Below, one piece after another: positions 37,725-46,213 of a stretch of DNA of 64,000 nucleotides. The notes below the pieces were generated by a model. The model was given only the letters and a program-made list of their open reading frames with translations, was not told the origin of the DNA and did not search any database. Position 1 is the first letter of the stretch, and each line of letters starts with the position of its first letter. Made by a program: the position numbers and the translations under genes. Where the stretch lies: positions 96,001-160,000 of the forward strand of contig JAYKHS010000022.1 of assembly GCA_035285865.1 (NCBI GenBank), in the 5' to 3' direction. The stretch comes from Candidatus Sericytochromatia bacterium. Lineage in GTDB: Bacteria; Cyanobacteriota; Sericytochromatia; S15B-MN24; VGJW01.

Positions 37725-38426
37725 ATGACCATGCGCAATCCTGCCCTGCTTTCCGTCTTGCTTGCCGCCGGCTGCGGCGCTGCCGTTCCCGTGCCTGCCC
37801 CGGATCCGGCTGCTCCCGTGAGGTTCGACGCAGCCGCTCTTGCCGGCAAGGACTCTGTCCGGGATGCCGAGTTGGTCAAGTTGGGAAGCTGGATGGTCGG
37901 TGCCTACGCAAGCACGGCACAGGCCAACAGCGATCCGGCTTTCTTCGACGTGCGCCTGCACATCGCCCGCATCTGGCGCTGGCGTACCGACGCCGTCTGG
38001 CTTTATGTCGAGCAGGCGATGGCCACGCATTTGGATCAGCCCTATCGCCAGCGGGTGTACCGCCTGACGCGCGTCGCCCCTGCCCGTTTCGAGAGCGCCG
38101 TTTTCACCCTGCCGGACCCTGAGTCCGCGATCGGGGCCTGGAGGTCTGCCAACCCGCTCGCGGATCTCGAACCCGGCCGCCTGCTCGAGCGGCAAGGCTG
38201 CAGCGTGTTTCTCGACCGCACCGCGACGGGCTACTCGGGTGGCACGGAAGGTCTTGGCTGCGGCAGCGACATCAACGGGGCGCGCTACGCGACGAGTGAG
38301 GTATCCGTCGATGGTCGTCGGCTCGTGTCGTGGGACCGCGGTTACGATGCCGGGGGGCGGCAGGTCTGGGGGGCCCGCAAAGGCGGTTACGTCTTCGACA
38401 AAAATGCCTCGAGTCCCATCCGCTAA
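37725..38426 (+). CDS. CpcT/CpeT-family bilin lyase homologue with lipoprotein signal
   Basis: YVEQA....PYRQRVY, GC.VF, SWDRGYD..G.QVWG...GGY.F; lipobox LAAGC. Confidence 0.85.
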   Translation: MTMRNPALLSVLLAAGCGAAVPVPAPDPAAPVRFDAAALAGKDSVRDAELVKLGSWMVGAYASTAQANSDPAFFDVRLHIARIWRWRTDAVWLYVEQAMATHLDQPYRQRVYRLTRVAPARFESAVFTLPDPESAIGAWRSANPLADLEPGRLLERQGCSVFLDRTATGYSGGTEGLGCGSDINGARYATSEVSVDGRRLVSWDRGYDAGGRQVWGARKGGYVFDKNASSPIR

Positions 38427-38530
38427 CCTTAAACATTTGTTAGTGCTCCGTGACGCCAGTCCCGGCCTGATCTCCCCGATAAATCCAATGTGACGATGTC
38501 GCATCCCGGGGGGGAAGCGGGCAGTCGCGT

Positions 38531-39157
38531 ATGCGGGGGATTCTTCAGATGGAGACACTGGAACGCTACAACCAGGGTGCCTTGAAGGCTCGGTTGGTGC
38601 ACCTCCCGTTGGGCCCCGGCGAGCAGCCCGGCTCCATCCCGGTCCGGGGCGAACGCGAGATCGAGCGCATGATCTCAGACAGTCTGAAGCTGTCCCAAGC
38701 GGCCACGCCCGGGATATCGCCAGAAGGCCGAGCCGACATGGACCGCCTTGCGCGGGTAGCCGCTCGCCGCGCAGGTGGCCGTTCCCCGGAGGGTTGGTGC
38801 TATCGGGAGGTCTGGGGGCACCTGATGGAGTCCGGTTATGCGAAGCTCACCCAGACGAGCATTCCCGATTCGCATTCCGCGTATGCCCGACAGTTCGGCG
38901 AATACCTCAACGCCGGTGACAATGCCAAGCGTCTCGGCATGCAACGCCTGCCGATTGACAATCCCTACGACGCCCCCAAGGGCTCGATCGTGGTCGTTCG
39001 CCCCGGGACTCCCGGAACGGCGCATCCGACAGCGGGCGACATCGCCGTCGCCATGGGAGGCGGACGGTTCCTGAACGATGGCGAAATGCGGTATGGCGGC
39101 CGGGCAAATTTCCCGCCGGGAAACCGTCACGTCATCGGCATCTACGCGCCACTGTAA
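38531..39157 (+). CDS. Hypothetical protein, possible CHAP/NlpC-P60-like peptidoglycan hydrolase
   Basis: GWCYREV, APKGSIVVV, AHPTAGDIAVAMGGGRFLND, GIYAP layout; no signal peptide. Confidence 0.55.
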   Translation: MRGILQMETLERYNQGALKARLVHLPLGPGEQPGSIPVRGEREIERMISDSLKLSQAATPGISPEGRADMDRLARVAARRAGGRSPEGWCYREVWGHLMESGYAKLTQTSIPDSHSAYARQFGEYLNAGDNAKRLGMQRLPIDNPYDAPKGSIVVVRPGTPGTAHPTAGDIAVAMGGGRFLNDGEMRYGGRANFPPGNRHVIGIYAPL

Positions 39158-39158
39158 T

Positions 39159-39896
39159 TCAGGGGCGCGAGGACTCCAGGACCAGATCGAGCTGAATATC
39201 GACTTGGTCCTTGTTCTTGAGCAGGCCCCCCAGGGCTTCATAGGGACGGATCCCGTAGTTGCTGGTCAGCAGGCGGAAATTGCCGCGGGCGCGGAGTCGG
39301 CCACCTTCCTGTCCGACGGTCATTCGTGTACGCAGTGGACGCGTCACGCCATGCAGCGTGAAGGCCCCTTCCACGTCCCATATGCCACTTCCCAGAGGCA
39401 GCACGCGGCTTGAGCGGAATCGGATCCACGGGTGCCGGGCCACGTCCAACTGGTCGGCACCCTGCATGTGATCGAGCACGGTCGCACGGTCGCCCTCGGA
39501 CAGGCTGCCGGGCAGGCCGACCTTGCGGCGAAGCTCGATCCTGTCCGGGCGCAAGCTGCGGGCATCGACCTCGAAGCTGACGGCGGCGCGGTCGCCTCCG
39601 TCTCGCGGGATCGTGACCTCCCCGCGGAATGCCGTAGCCTCGATGACGTGGTCGTGAGCCAGAGCTCCGGCAAGGCCATCGCGCCACACGCGGACCAGCA
39701 GGTCACTGTCGCTGCCCGGGCGAGCGACATAAGCCTCGCCGATGCCGGACTGTGGCGCGTCCCCTCGAGGGGGCATCATCGGCAACGCAGGTTCCGGCGC
39801 TGCAATCGCCCCGGATCTCGGCGTCAAGCCCGTGCCACAGGCCACGAGGACAAGCAGGGCGGTTCCCAATGCGGGAGTCGGGATCGAGAGACGCAT
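39159..39896 (-). CDS. YceI-family lipid/polyisoprenoid-binding lipoprotein
   Basis: Lipobox LVAC; LDVARHPWIRFRS, GAFTLHGVTRP, SNYGIRP. Confidence 0.85.
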   Translation of the reverse strand: MRLSIPTPALGTALLVLVACGTGLTPRSGAIAAPEPALPMMPPRGDAPQSGIGEAYVARPGSDSDLLVRVWRDGLAGALAHDHVIEATAFRGEVTIPRDGGDRAAVSFEVDARSLRPDRIELRRKVGLPGSLSEGDRATVLDHMQGADQLDVARHPWIRFRSSRVLPLGSGIWDVEGAFTLHGVTRPLRTRMTVGQEGGRLRARGNFRLLTSNYGIRPYEALGGLLKNKDQVDIQLDLVLESSRP

Positions 39897-39938
39897 CAGC
39901 AACCGCCAGTCATATTCGGCAAACGGACAACGGACGTA

Positions 39939-39968
39939 ATCGTATCGCTTTTGTTTAGTTTTTGTAAA
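39939..39968 (-). promoter_or_regulatory. Sigma70-type promoter for the YceI gene, in an AT-rich patch
   Basis: TTTACA-N18-TACGAT. Confidence 0.5.
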
Positions 39969-39983
39969 ATTGCTGGCCGCTGA

Positions 39984-40439
39984 TCAGGCGGCTCTAGGGT
40001 GTCCTTCTTCCGCGAGAATCAATTTGGTGAAGTTGTCGACCCACGTCAGATCCAGATCCGGCCGCGCACGGCCAAGTTCCTCGCGGGCCGAGGCGAGGCG
40101 GGTCAGCCGGTCCGAATCGTCCTCGGGGACAGGAGCCTCGAAATGCGCCAGCAGGACTCGGGTGCCCTCCGTCAGATCCTCGGTGGCCTCGGCCTCGACC
40201 CAAGCGAGGATTGCAGCGTCGTCCGCCCCGGTCCGGATCGTGTCCAGCAGGGCTTCGGCATCGAGCCCGAAGGTGTCGAGGAATCGCTGGTCTCCGCCGC
40301 ATGGATAGGGGATGTATTCCCCCATGGTCCCGGCGAGGTGGGCCCGTGCCTTGTCGATCAGGCGCGGAAGCCAAGGGAGGCCGCCCAACCGGTCGAGGGG
40401 GCTGCGTGGACAGGTTCGGGAGAGATCGAGCGCGTTCAT
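39984..40439 (-). CDS. DUF5069-family protein
   Basis: PRSP...LGGL.WLPRLIDKARA...GTMGEY..PCGGDQRFL, C-terminal ILAEEG. Confidence 0.8.
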   Translation of the reverse strand: MNALDLSRTCPRSPLDRLGGLPWLPRLIDKARAHLAGTMGEYIPYPCGGDQRFLDTFGLDAEALLDTIRTGADDAAILAWVEAEATEDLTEGTRVLLAHFEAPVPEDDSDRLTRLASAREELGRARPDLDLTWVDNFTKLILAEEGHPRAA

Positions 40440-40453
40440 GCCCAAAGCCTACC

Positions 40454-40846
40454 TCAGCCGGGGGATGGGGTAGGGGACGCCGATGGCATCGCCGTGCCGC
40501 CGGATGAAGGTCCAGGGTCCTGAGTCGAGGATGCCTCCGGCGTGGCGGATGGTGTCGCAGGGGCATTCAGCGGAGGAAGTGCGCTGCCAGAATCCGGGCC
40601 GCCAGTGGGCTGGTCGGACGGACCGCCACCCATGCCATCGTTCCCCGTCGCCTTGGCTTCGGACAAGGCAGGTGCCTGTCCAGCGCTGCCGCCTGCCAGC
40701 GGCGCATTCCATCCGTCGAGCGGGGGGAGGGAACTCGCCAACTCTCCGCTCAGCCCGGCCGGTATCGGGACGATGGGTTCGACCGGTCCACGAACGATGC
40801 AGCCCGCAAGGAGAACTATGGGCCAGAAGCGTGGATCCCTTGTCAT
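40454..40846 (-). CDS. Small Pro/Ser/Gly-rich lipoprotein
   Basis: MTRDPRFWPIVLLAGC lipobox; ATG overlaps the stop of the upstream regulator; GGAGG RBS. Confidence 0.6.
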   Translation of the reverse strand: MTRDPRFWPIVLLAGCIVRGPVEPIVPIPAGLSGELASSLPPLDGWNAPLAGGSAGQAPALSEAKATGNDGMGGGPSDQPTGGPDSGSALPPLNAPATPSATPEASSTQDPGPSSGGTAMPSASPTPSPG

Positions 40847-41988
40847 CCGTCGACACCCTCCGGTCCGTTCAACAGCTCCTGCCAGGCCGGGAGGTCGGCC
40901 ACGGCAGTGAAATCCTGATCCGCGTCTTGCCGAAGGATGTCGCGGGCTGCGGGATTCAGCAGCAGGACCCGCGTGGCATCCGCGATGCAGCCCGCGACCA
41001 AGCGGCCGGCAAGTGACCCGCCCGGACGGGCCTTGCCGGAGGCGCGCGCCCGGGCCGCCGCCCGGACGTAAAGGCTGTACCAGTACGTCGGGCAAAGCAG
41101 CACCACGGCGTCGAGCATGGCCAGTGCCGGCGCGTGCTGTCCGAGGCGGCTGAGCGCATAGGCTCCGTAGGTCCGCAGGTCCAGCGACGAGGTCGTATGG
41201 ATGCGTTCCGCCTCGGGGCGTCCGGTCCAGGCGAGCACCTCCTGCACGACGGCGCGCCACTTGCCGAGCGCAAGGCCGCTGTAGCACAGGCCCGCAAGGG
41301 CTCGTTCCGGCTGTTCCAGGCCTGCCGAGACGGCAGCACGGAAGTCGGCGCTGGCTGCGGCGTGCTGCCCGAGATCCTGACGGGCGAGGCCGCGGTCGTA
41401 CAGGAGATCGGGGCGACCGGGCGAGGTTGGGGGGTGTTCGCTTCTCTCCAGTTCGGCGAGTGCCGCCGTGAAGGCACGTTCGGCATCGGCGGGTCTGCCT
41501 GCCTTGAGGTAGGCAACGCCAAGGCCGGCTTCAGCCAGGCCAAGGGCCACCTCGCCTTGCTGGGCAGCCTGCCGAAGCAGCACGATGGCCCTGTCCGGCT
41601 GGCCGTTCCGCAGATTGGCGAGGCCTGCCGCGAAGCGTCCGGGGGCCTCCGGTCTGAGCGGAGCATGCTGCAAGACGGGTGGAAGGGGCGGGACCTCGGA
41701 GGTGACGGCTTCCTCAGCGCTGCCGCCAAGTGCCCGGATCGGCACTTCCAGTGCCTCGGACAGGCGCTGCAGCAATTCGGGGGTCGGGCGGCGCGCGGGC
41801 ATCGTGCCAGAGCGAGCGGCCTCGCGGGACGCGCGCACCAACTGCCACAAATGCGCGTGGGACACGCCCACCGTCTTGCCCAGAGTTCGATAGTCGAGCC
41901 CGCGCTGCTGCATCAGCGCCGTGAGCGCCTCGCCGAATGGCGTGCTCTCGGACTCGGGATGGGAAGACGTGTCCTCTCGCATGAACAT
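40843..41988 (-). CDS. XRE-family HTH plus TPR-repeat transcriptional regulator
   Basis: FGEALTALMQQRGL....GKTVGVS...L.QL...PTPELLQRLSEAL HTH; multiple TPRs; C-terminal DQDF...PAW.ELL cap. Confidence 0.82.
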   Translation of the reverse strand: MFMREDTSSHPESESTPFGEALTALMQQRGLDYRTLGKTVGVSHAHLWQLVRASREAARSGTMPARRPTPELLQRLSEALEVPIRALGGSAEEAVTSEVPPLPPVLQHAPLRPEAPGRFAAGLANLRNGQPDRAIVLLRQAAQQGEVALGLAEAGLGVAYLKAGRPADAERAFTAALAELERSEHPPTSPGRPDLLYDRGLARQDLGQHAAASADFRAAVSAGLEQPERALAGLCYSGLALGKWRAVVQEVLAWTGRPEAERIHTTSSLDLRTYGAYALSRLGQHAPALAMLDAVVLLCPTYWYSLYVRAAARARASGKARPGGSLAGRLVAGCIADATRVLLLNPAARDILRQDADQDFTAVADLPAWQELLNGPEGVDG

Positions 41989-41994
41989 GGTCAC

Positions 41995-42071
41995 TGTATA
42001 CAAGAATAGTTTACAATTTCAAGCATTCTGGTGCTGTAAATACGCTTTGAGGGTAGAGAGCTTGAAGCGTA
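41995..42071. promoter_or_regulatory. AT-rich divergent control region with palindromes
   Basis: TGTATACA (41995-42002), TTTACA-N19-TGTAAA (42010-42040), hairpin TACGCTTTGAG/CTTGAAGCGTA (42041-42071). Confidence 0.55.
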
Positions 42072-42103
42072 GTTGAGGCCGATGGCCGGGGAGAGCGAGA
42101 TTC

Positions 42104-43891
42104 ATGAGGCGGCATGTCCTGAAGGCCCTCCTGCTGGCCGGACTTACCGGGTGCGATGCCCAGGCCTTGAGGGCGGCGTTGACGACCGTGCCGACGGCTG
42201 ACGGAAAGGCGGCGGATGCCGCCCAGTCGGATGCCGCCAAGTCGGGTGCGGATGCAGCCGTCAACCTCTTGGCACGTCTTGCCGCAGTCGACCTCTCCGC
42301 GAAGCTGGGCAAGGTGGCGCGACCCGATACTTTCGGGGCTGCGCCCTCCGGTGGGGAATCGGCGGCTGCACCCAACTCCGGAGGATCGCAGCAGCCGGTT
42401 TCGGGTGGCTCGACGCTGATTTCCGACCCGTCGCGCCTGTCGGCACCGGGCATGATGCCCCCCCGTGCCCCTGAGGCTGATGCGCTTCCGCCCCTCGTCG
42501 AGAAGCCTGCCCTGCCTGCAACCGATGATGGCTGGCAGGGCCTGCATCTGGACTTCGGGGCCAAGGACTTCTCCGATGCCCGTGCGATCGCTCGGAAACT
42601 CTCCTCCGTTCTGGTGGATGCTCGGCCGATTGCGGTCAATGCCGTGCTTGGGCCCGTCGTGCACTGGAACTTCGTCTTCATGGATGCCAAGGGCGGGTTT
42701 GCCCAGGTGTCCGTGCAGGCGGAAGGGGCAGATCTCTACTTCGTCCCCGGGTCTGCGGATGGTGCCGCGGACCTGCCTCCGGCGCTCGATCTCGAGGCCG
42801 TCAAGGTTACCCCGATGGCGGCTCTGGAGACGCTTCGTTCTGGCCTGAACTCTGGAAGCCTTGTCGAGATCCCGTTCGGGCAGGACCTGTATCCCGCTGG
42901 CTTCGCCAAGCCGGAGGCTGAGGGTGGCTCTGTTTCGACCTCGCCCGTCGCCTCGGGGCCGATGCCCTTGATGAGACGGTTGCAGAACGACACAGTGTCC
43001 AGCGATGGCACGGAGGGAGCCACTGCGGTGTCGCCCATCGCGATTGCCGAGCCCCTGCCGCCCGAGGCAAGCACTTCCGAGCCCTTCGTCGGTGGCGATC
43101 CGTCGACCGACGGGCAAGTGCTCAAGCCGATGCCCGATATTCCCGCACCTGTCGAGACGGTTTTGCGGGAGCTCCCCCCTGAGTCGAATTGGCATGTGTT
43201 TCTGCAGGTGGGTGCCGCTGGACGCCAGTTCTGGCGCATCGATGCTTACCCCTACTCTCTGCGTCCTGAGGTCTCCTCGCCAATCGGGTCGGGTGGGTCC
43301 GTGGACGGGGCGGTACCCATGGCCAAGGAATCCGTATTCCGCCGTGTGCTTGACCTCGCGGTCGACACGGAGCCGACGCAGGATTCGCCTGGCGGGGAGC
43401 TGGTGGGCATGCCTGCCCCAGATGGCGAGTCGGTCGATGGATCGTTGCCGATCTATCCCACCAAGGACCTGCCCGCCGATGGTACGGGCGCCGTCATGCC
43501 GGGAGTCTCCTATCCGCCGCTCGGAGCCATCATCGACTGGCGCATCGAGAAGAGCAGCTTCAGGCTGCCTTTGTCGGCCGCGATCGATGCCGACACGGGC
43601 AAAGTACTCGCGCTGATTTTGCCCAAGCTCGTGACCTACTACTACCCCGTGCCGGTTCATGCGTCGTCTTGCGATGGCTGTACCGAACCCTACCCCGTGC
43701 CTCCGGCTCCCGTGGATCCCATCGTCGTGGAGCCCGAGCCCGGGCTGCCTCCGATCGAGGAGCCCGTGGTCGAGGAGCCGACGCCCGATGAGCCGGTAGT
43801 CGAGGAGCCTGGTGCTGAAGACCCGGCGATCTCGGGTTCGGTCGAGGGCGGCACACCGGTTGATGGTGATGCTTCCGGCGCGAGTTCCTGA
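42104..43891 (+). CDS. Hypothetical acidic Pro-rich lipoprotein with a PepSY-like signature
   Basis: Lipobox LTGC; AIDADTGKVL; C-terminal EPVVEEP repeats. Confidence 0.7.
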   Translation: MRRHVLKALLLAGLTGCDAQALRAALTTVPTADGKAADAAQSDAAKSGADAAVNLLARLAAVDLSAKLGKVARPDTFGAAPSGGESAAAPNSGGSQQPVSGGSTLISDPSRLSAPGMMPPRAPEADALPPLVEKPALPATDDGWQGLHLDFGAKDFSDARAIARKLSSVLVDARPIAVNAVLGPVVHWNFVFMDAKGGFAQVSVQAEGADLYFVPGSADGAADLPPALDLEAVKVTPMAALETLRSGLNSGSLVEIPFGQDLYPAGFAKPEAEGGSVSTSPVASGPMPLMRRLQNDTVSSDGTEGATAVSPIAIAEPLPPEASTSEPFVGGDPSTDGQVLKPMPDIPAPVETVLRELPPESNWHVFLQVGAAGRQFWRIDAYPYSLRPEVSSPIGSGGSVDGAVPMAKESVFRRVLDLAVDTEPTQDSPGGELVGMPAPDGESVDGSLPIYPTKDLPADGTGAVMPGVSYPPLGAIIDWRIEKSSFRLPLSAAIDADTGKVLALILPKLVTYYYPVPVHASSCDGCTEPYPVPPAPVDPIVVEPEPGLPPIEEPVVEEPTPDEPVVEEPGAEDPAISGSVEGGTPVDGDASGASS

Positions 43892-43914
43892 CACAGGCGA
43901 AACGCTCCTGCATC

Positions 43915-43951
43915 GCGGGGCCTCGACGTCGCGTGGCGACCGGGGCCCCGC
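43915..43951. other. GC-rich intergenic hairpin between the two paralogous lipoprotein genes
   Basis: GCGGGGCC...GTCGC-GTG-GCGAC...GGCCCCGC; no U-tract. Confidence 0.5.
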
Positions 43952-44024
43952 TGCGCTTGTGGCGTGCCTGCGGGGTAAGGTGGGGTGGGTGGCGCCCTCT
44001 CGGGAGGGCGGGAGGTGGGTGGTG

Positions 44025-45257
44025 ATGCGGCTTGGCGGAATGCTCTCCTCGGTGGCCCTGCTCGCCGCTTGCGTGGCCGCGAATCCGGCCACCAAGGCCT
44101 CTCAGGTCGTTCAGCAGGGGCCAGTCGTCTTGCCCACCGCATCTGTTGGCGCTCCCGGCGGATTCAACTGGCTGTCCGGCACGCGGCCGAGCGACCTGAA
44201 CAATACGTCTGCGCTCAACAACACTTCGGCCTTCGATGGCCCGCCCGAGCGTTTGCCGGCAGCGGGCGAGTTCGGAGGACTTCCGCTGTCGGGTGTGAAG
44301 GAAGGGGATCCATCTTCGACTCCTTCGCCCCTGTCGACCCAGTCCCCTCCGCCTTGCGCCATCTCCGCGGATCAGGCGGAGCGCTGGGCCCTGGAGCAGA
44401 TGGAGCCCCACTACGCAGCACTTCCTGCCAAGCTTGCCGACGGAGGCGCGTGGCTGCGCCTCCAACAGATCGTTTCCCCGAGTTGGCAGAGTCGACTCGC
44501 CAAGGTCGCAGAGATCCAGAAAGCCCTCGGCCTCGGACGCGTCGTGTGGGTGCAAGCTGGCTTGGGCGCAACGTCTGCGCCGGGCCTGCTCGAAGTTCAC
44601 CTGCTCGGCAGCGACAAGGGCTACGCACGGCTGCGGATGGACGGGGACCGACTCGAGGTCGACTATCTGGAAACAGGTTCTGTCATCTCCACGGATTCCG
44701 TACTGCCGGCTCTGGACCTCGCGAAGGCTTCGGTCGATCCGGATGCAGCTCTTGAAGGGGCCACTGCGGCTCCGGATCAGGGGTCGCCAGAAAGTGTTCC
44801 GTATCCGGAATACCTGCGGTCTGCTGTCGGCCACTCTTCCGTGCTGCGGGCAGTTTCATCGACGCTCCGCTTGTATTCGGAAGAGACGCTTGCTTCATCC
44901 CGTGGCGACTTCGCCTGGAGTCTGACCTTGCGCGTGGACAAGGCCGGCAATCTCTGGTGGCAGGTTGATGGCCTCCGCCAGACGAGCACGCCGCCCCCCT
45001 CACCAGCGCCATCGGTCTCCTCGGGCGCTGGTTCCGCAAGCACGGATCCTTCAGACGCGGTGTCTTCCTCGGGGACGTTGCCATCCTCAGACTCGAAGCG
45101 GCGCGTGATGACGGATGGGGATGCGAGCCTATCCGTTCAGCCTCCCCCAGCCTGTCTCGATACCTTCGAATTCCGGCCGCAGGTGGCAATCGATGCCCGG
45201 TCGGGTGCGGTGCTGGCGAGGCTACCGAAGCGTCAGAGCCGGCTGACTTCCCAGTAG
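44025..45257 (+). CDS. Hypothetical lipoprotein, paralogue of 42104-43891
   Basis: Lipobox LAAC; GGAGG RBS; LPALDL, W..D and AIDARSGAVL blocks shared with the upstream gene. Confidence 0.7.
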   Translation: MRLGGMLSSVALLAACVAANPATKASQVVQQGPVVLPTASVGAPGGFNWLSGTRPSDLNNTSALNNTSAFDGPPERLPAAGEFGGLPLSGVKEGDPSSTPSPLSTQSPPPCAISADQAERWALEQMEPHYAALPAKLADGGAWLRLQQIVSPSWQSRLAKVAEIQKALGLGRVVWVQAGLGATSAPGLLEVHLLGSDKGYARLRMDGDRLEVDYLETGSVISTDSVLPALDLAKASVDPDAALEGATAAPDQGSPESVPYPEYLRSAVGHSSVLRAVSSTLRLYSEETLASSRGDFAWSLTLRVDKAGNLWWQVDGLRQTSTPPPSPAPSVSSGAGSASTDPSDAVSSSGTLPSSDSKRRVMTDGDASLSVQPPPACLDTFEFRPQVAIDARSGAVLARLPKRQSRLTSQ

Positions 45258-45265
45258 GAGGCAGT

Positions 45266-46207
45266 CTGGGCACTTCCGGGGAGTCATCGGACCAGACGCG
45301 GCAAGGACGGCCTCTGGTCGTGCGGGCGGAAGACGGCTACGCCCTGTCCGCGCAAGCATATGGGCCCGAGGACATGCGCACGGCACGGGCACTCCTCGTC
45401 GTCGGGCCGGCGACCGGTGCGCCGCAGCGCTATTATCGTCGCTTCGCTCAGTGGTGCGCCCGGCAGGGCCTTGCCGTCCTGACCTTCGATTACAGGGGCA
45501 TCGGTGGTTCGAGACCACCCCGCCTTCGTGGCTTCGAAGCCAGTTTCAGCTCGTGGGCCGAACTGGACCTTGCGGCGGTGCTGGAGCACGCCCTGACCCT
45601 GCACCCACAAGTGGTGATGATCGGCCACAGTTTCGGGGGGCAAGCGTGGGGCATGGTGCCGCAGGTTCATCGGACCGCGGGGTTGGTCACATTCGGGACG
45701 GGCGCCGGATGGATGGGCTACATGCATTGGTCCGAGCGTCCCCGGCTGCATCTGCTGTGGACCTTGCTGGGGCCGCCGCTCGTCCGATTGCTCGGTTTCC
45801 TGCCGTCGCCGTGGATGGGCCTTGGCGAACCTCTGCCCGCCGGTGTCTACCGGGACTGGAGACGCTGGTGCGGGATGCGCCGCTATTTCTTCGACGATCC
45901 GCAGTCGGGCATGACGGAGCGCTTCGCTGCCATCCGCAGGCCGGTCGTCGCCGTGACATCCGAGGATGATCCGTGGGCCCCGCCGGCTTCGGTCAGGGCT
46001 TTCATGTCCGGACTTGTCGCTGCCCCCATCCGGTACGAGATTCTCGTGCCGAAGGAACTGGGGCTGGATGCCATCGGTCACGTGGCCTACTTCGATGCGC
46101 GTGTCGGCGTCGCCCTGTGGCCGCGCGTGCTGACCTGGGTCGAAGCCGTGCTTGCCGGTTCCTTTTCACCAGGGGGTTCACCCGAGGCGGCGTCGGGCCT
46201 ATCATGA
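45266..46207 (+). CDS. Alpha/beta hydrolase (COG4757-like); probable CTG start at 45266, alternative GTG at 45320
   Basis: AEDG..L, FDYRGIGGS, GHSFGG nucleophile elbow, DDPWAP, IGH. Confidence 0.85.
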   Translation: MGTSGESSDQTRQGRPLVVRAEDGYALSAQAYGPEDMRTARALLVVGPATGAPQRYYRRFAQWCARQGLAVLTFDYRGIGGSRPPRLRGFEASFSSWAELDLAAVLEHALTLHPQVVMIGHSFGGQAWGMVPQVHRTAGLVTFGTGAGWMGYMHWSERPRLHLLWTLLGPPLVRLLGFLPSPWMGLGEPLPAGVYRDWRRWCGMRRYFFDDPQSGMTERFAAIRRPVVAVTSEDDPWAPPASVRAFMSGLVAAPIRYEILVPKELGLDAIGHVAYFDARVGVALWPRVLTWVEAVLAGSFSPGGSPEAASGLS

Positions 46208-46213
46208 GGGCCT

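Noticed and set aside
43892..43960. Possible c-di-GMP riboswitch in the structured spacer
   Set aside because: A GAAA-containing stem is present, but the conserved GCAAA/receptor layout was not recognisable; kept only as a hairpin.
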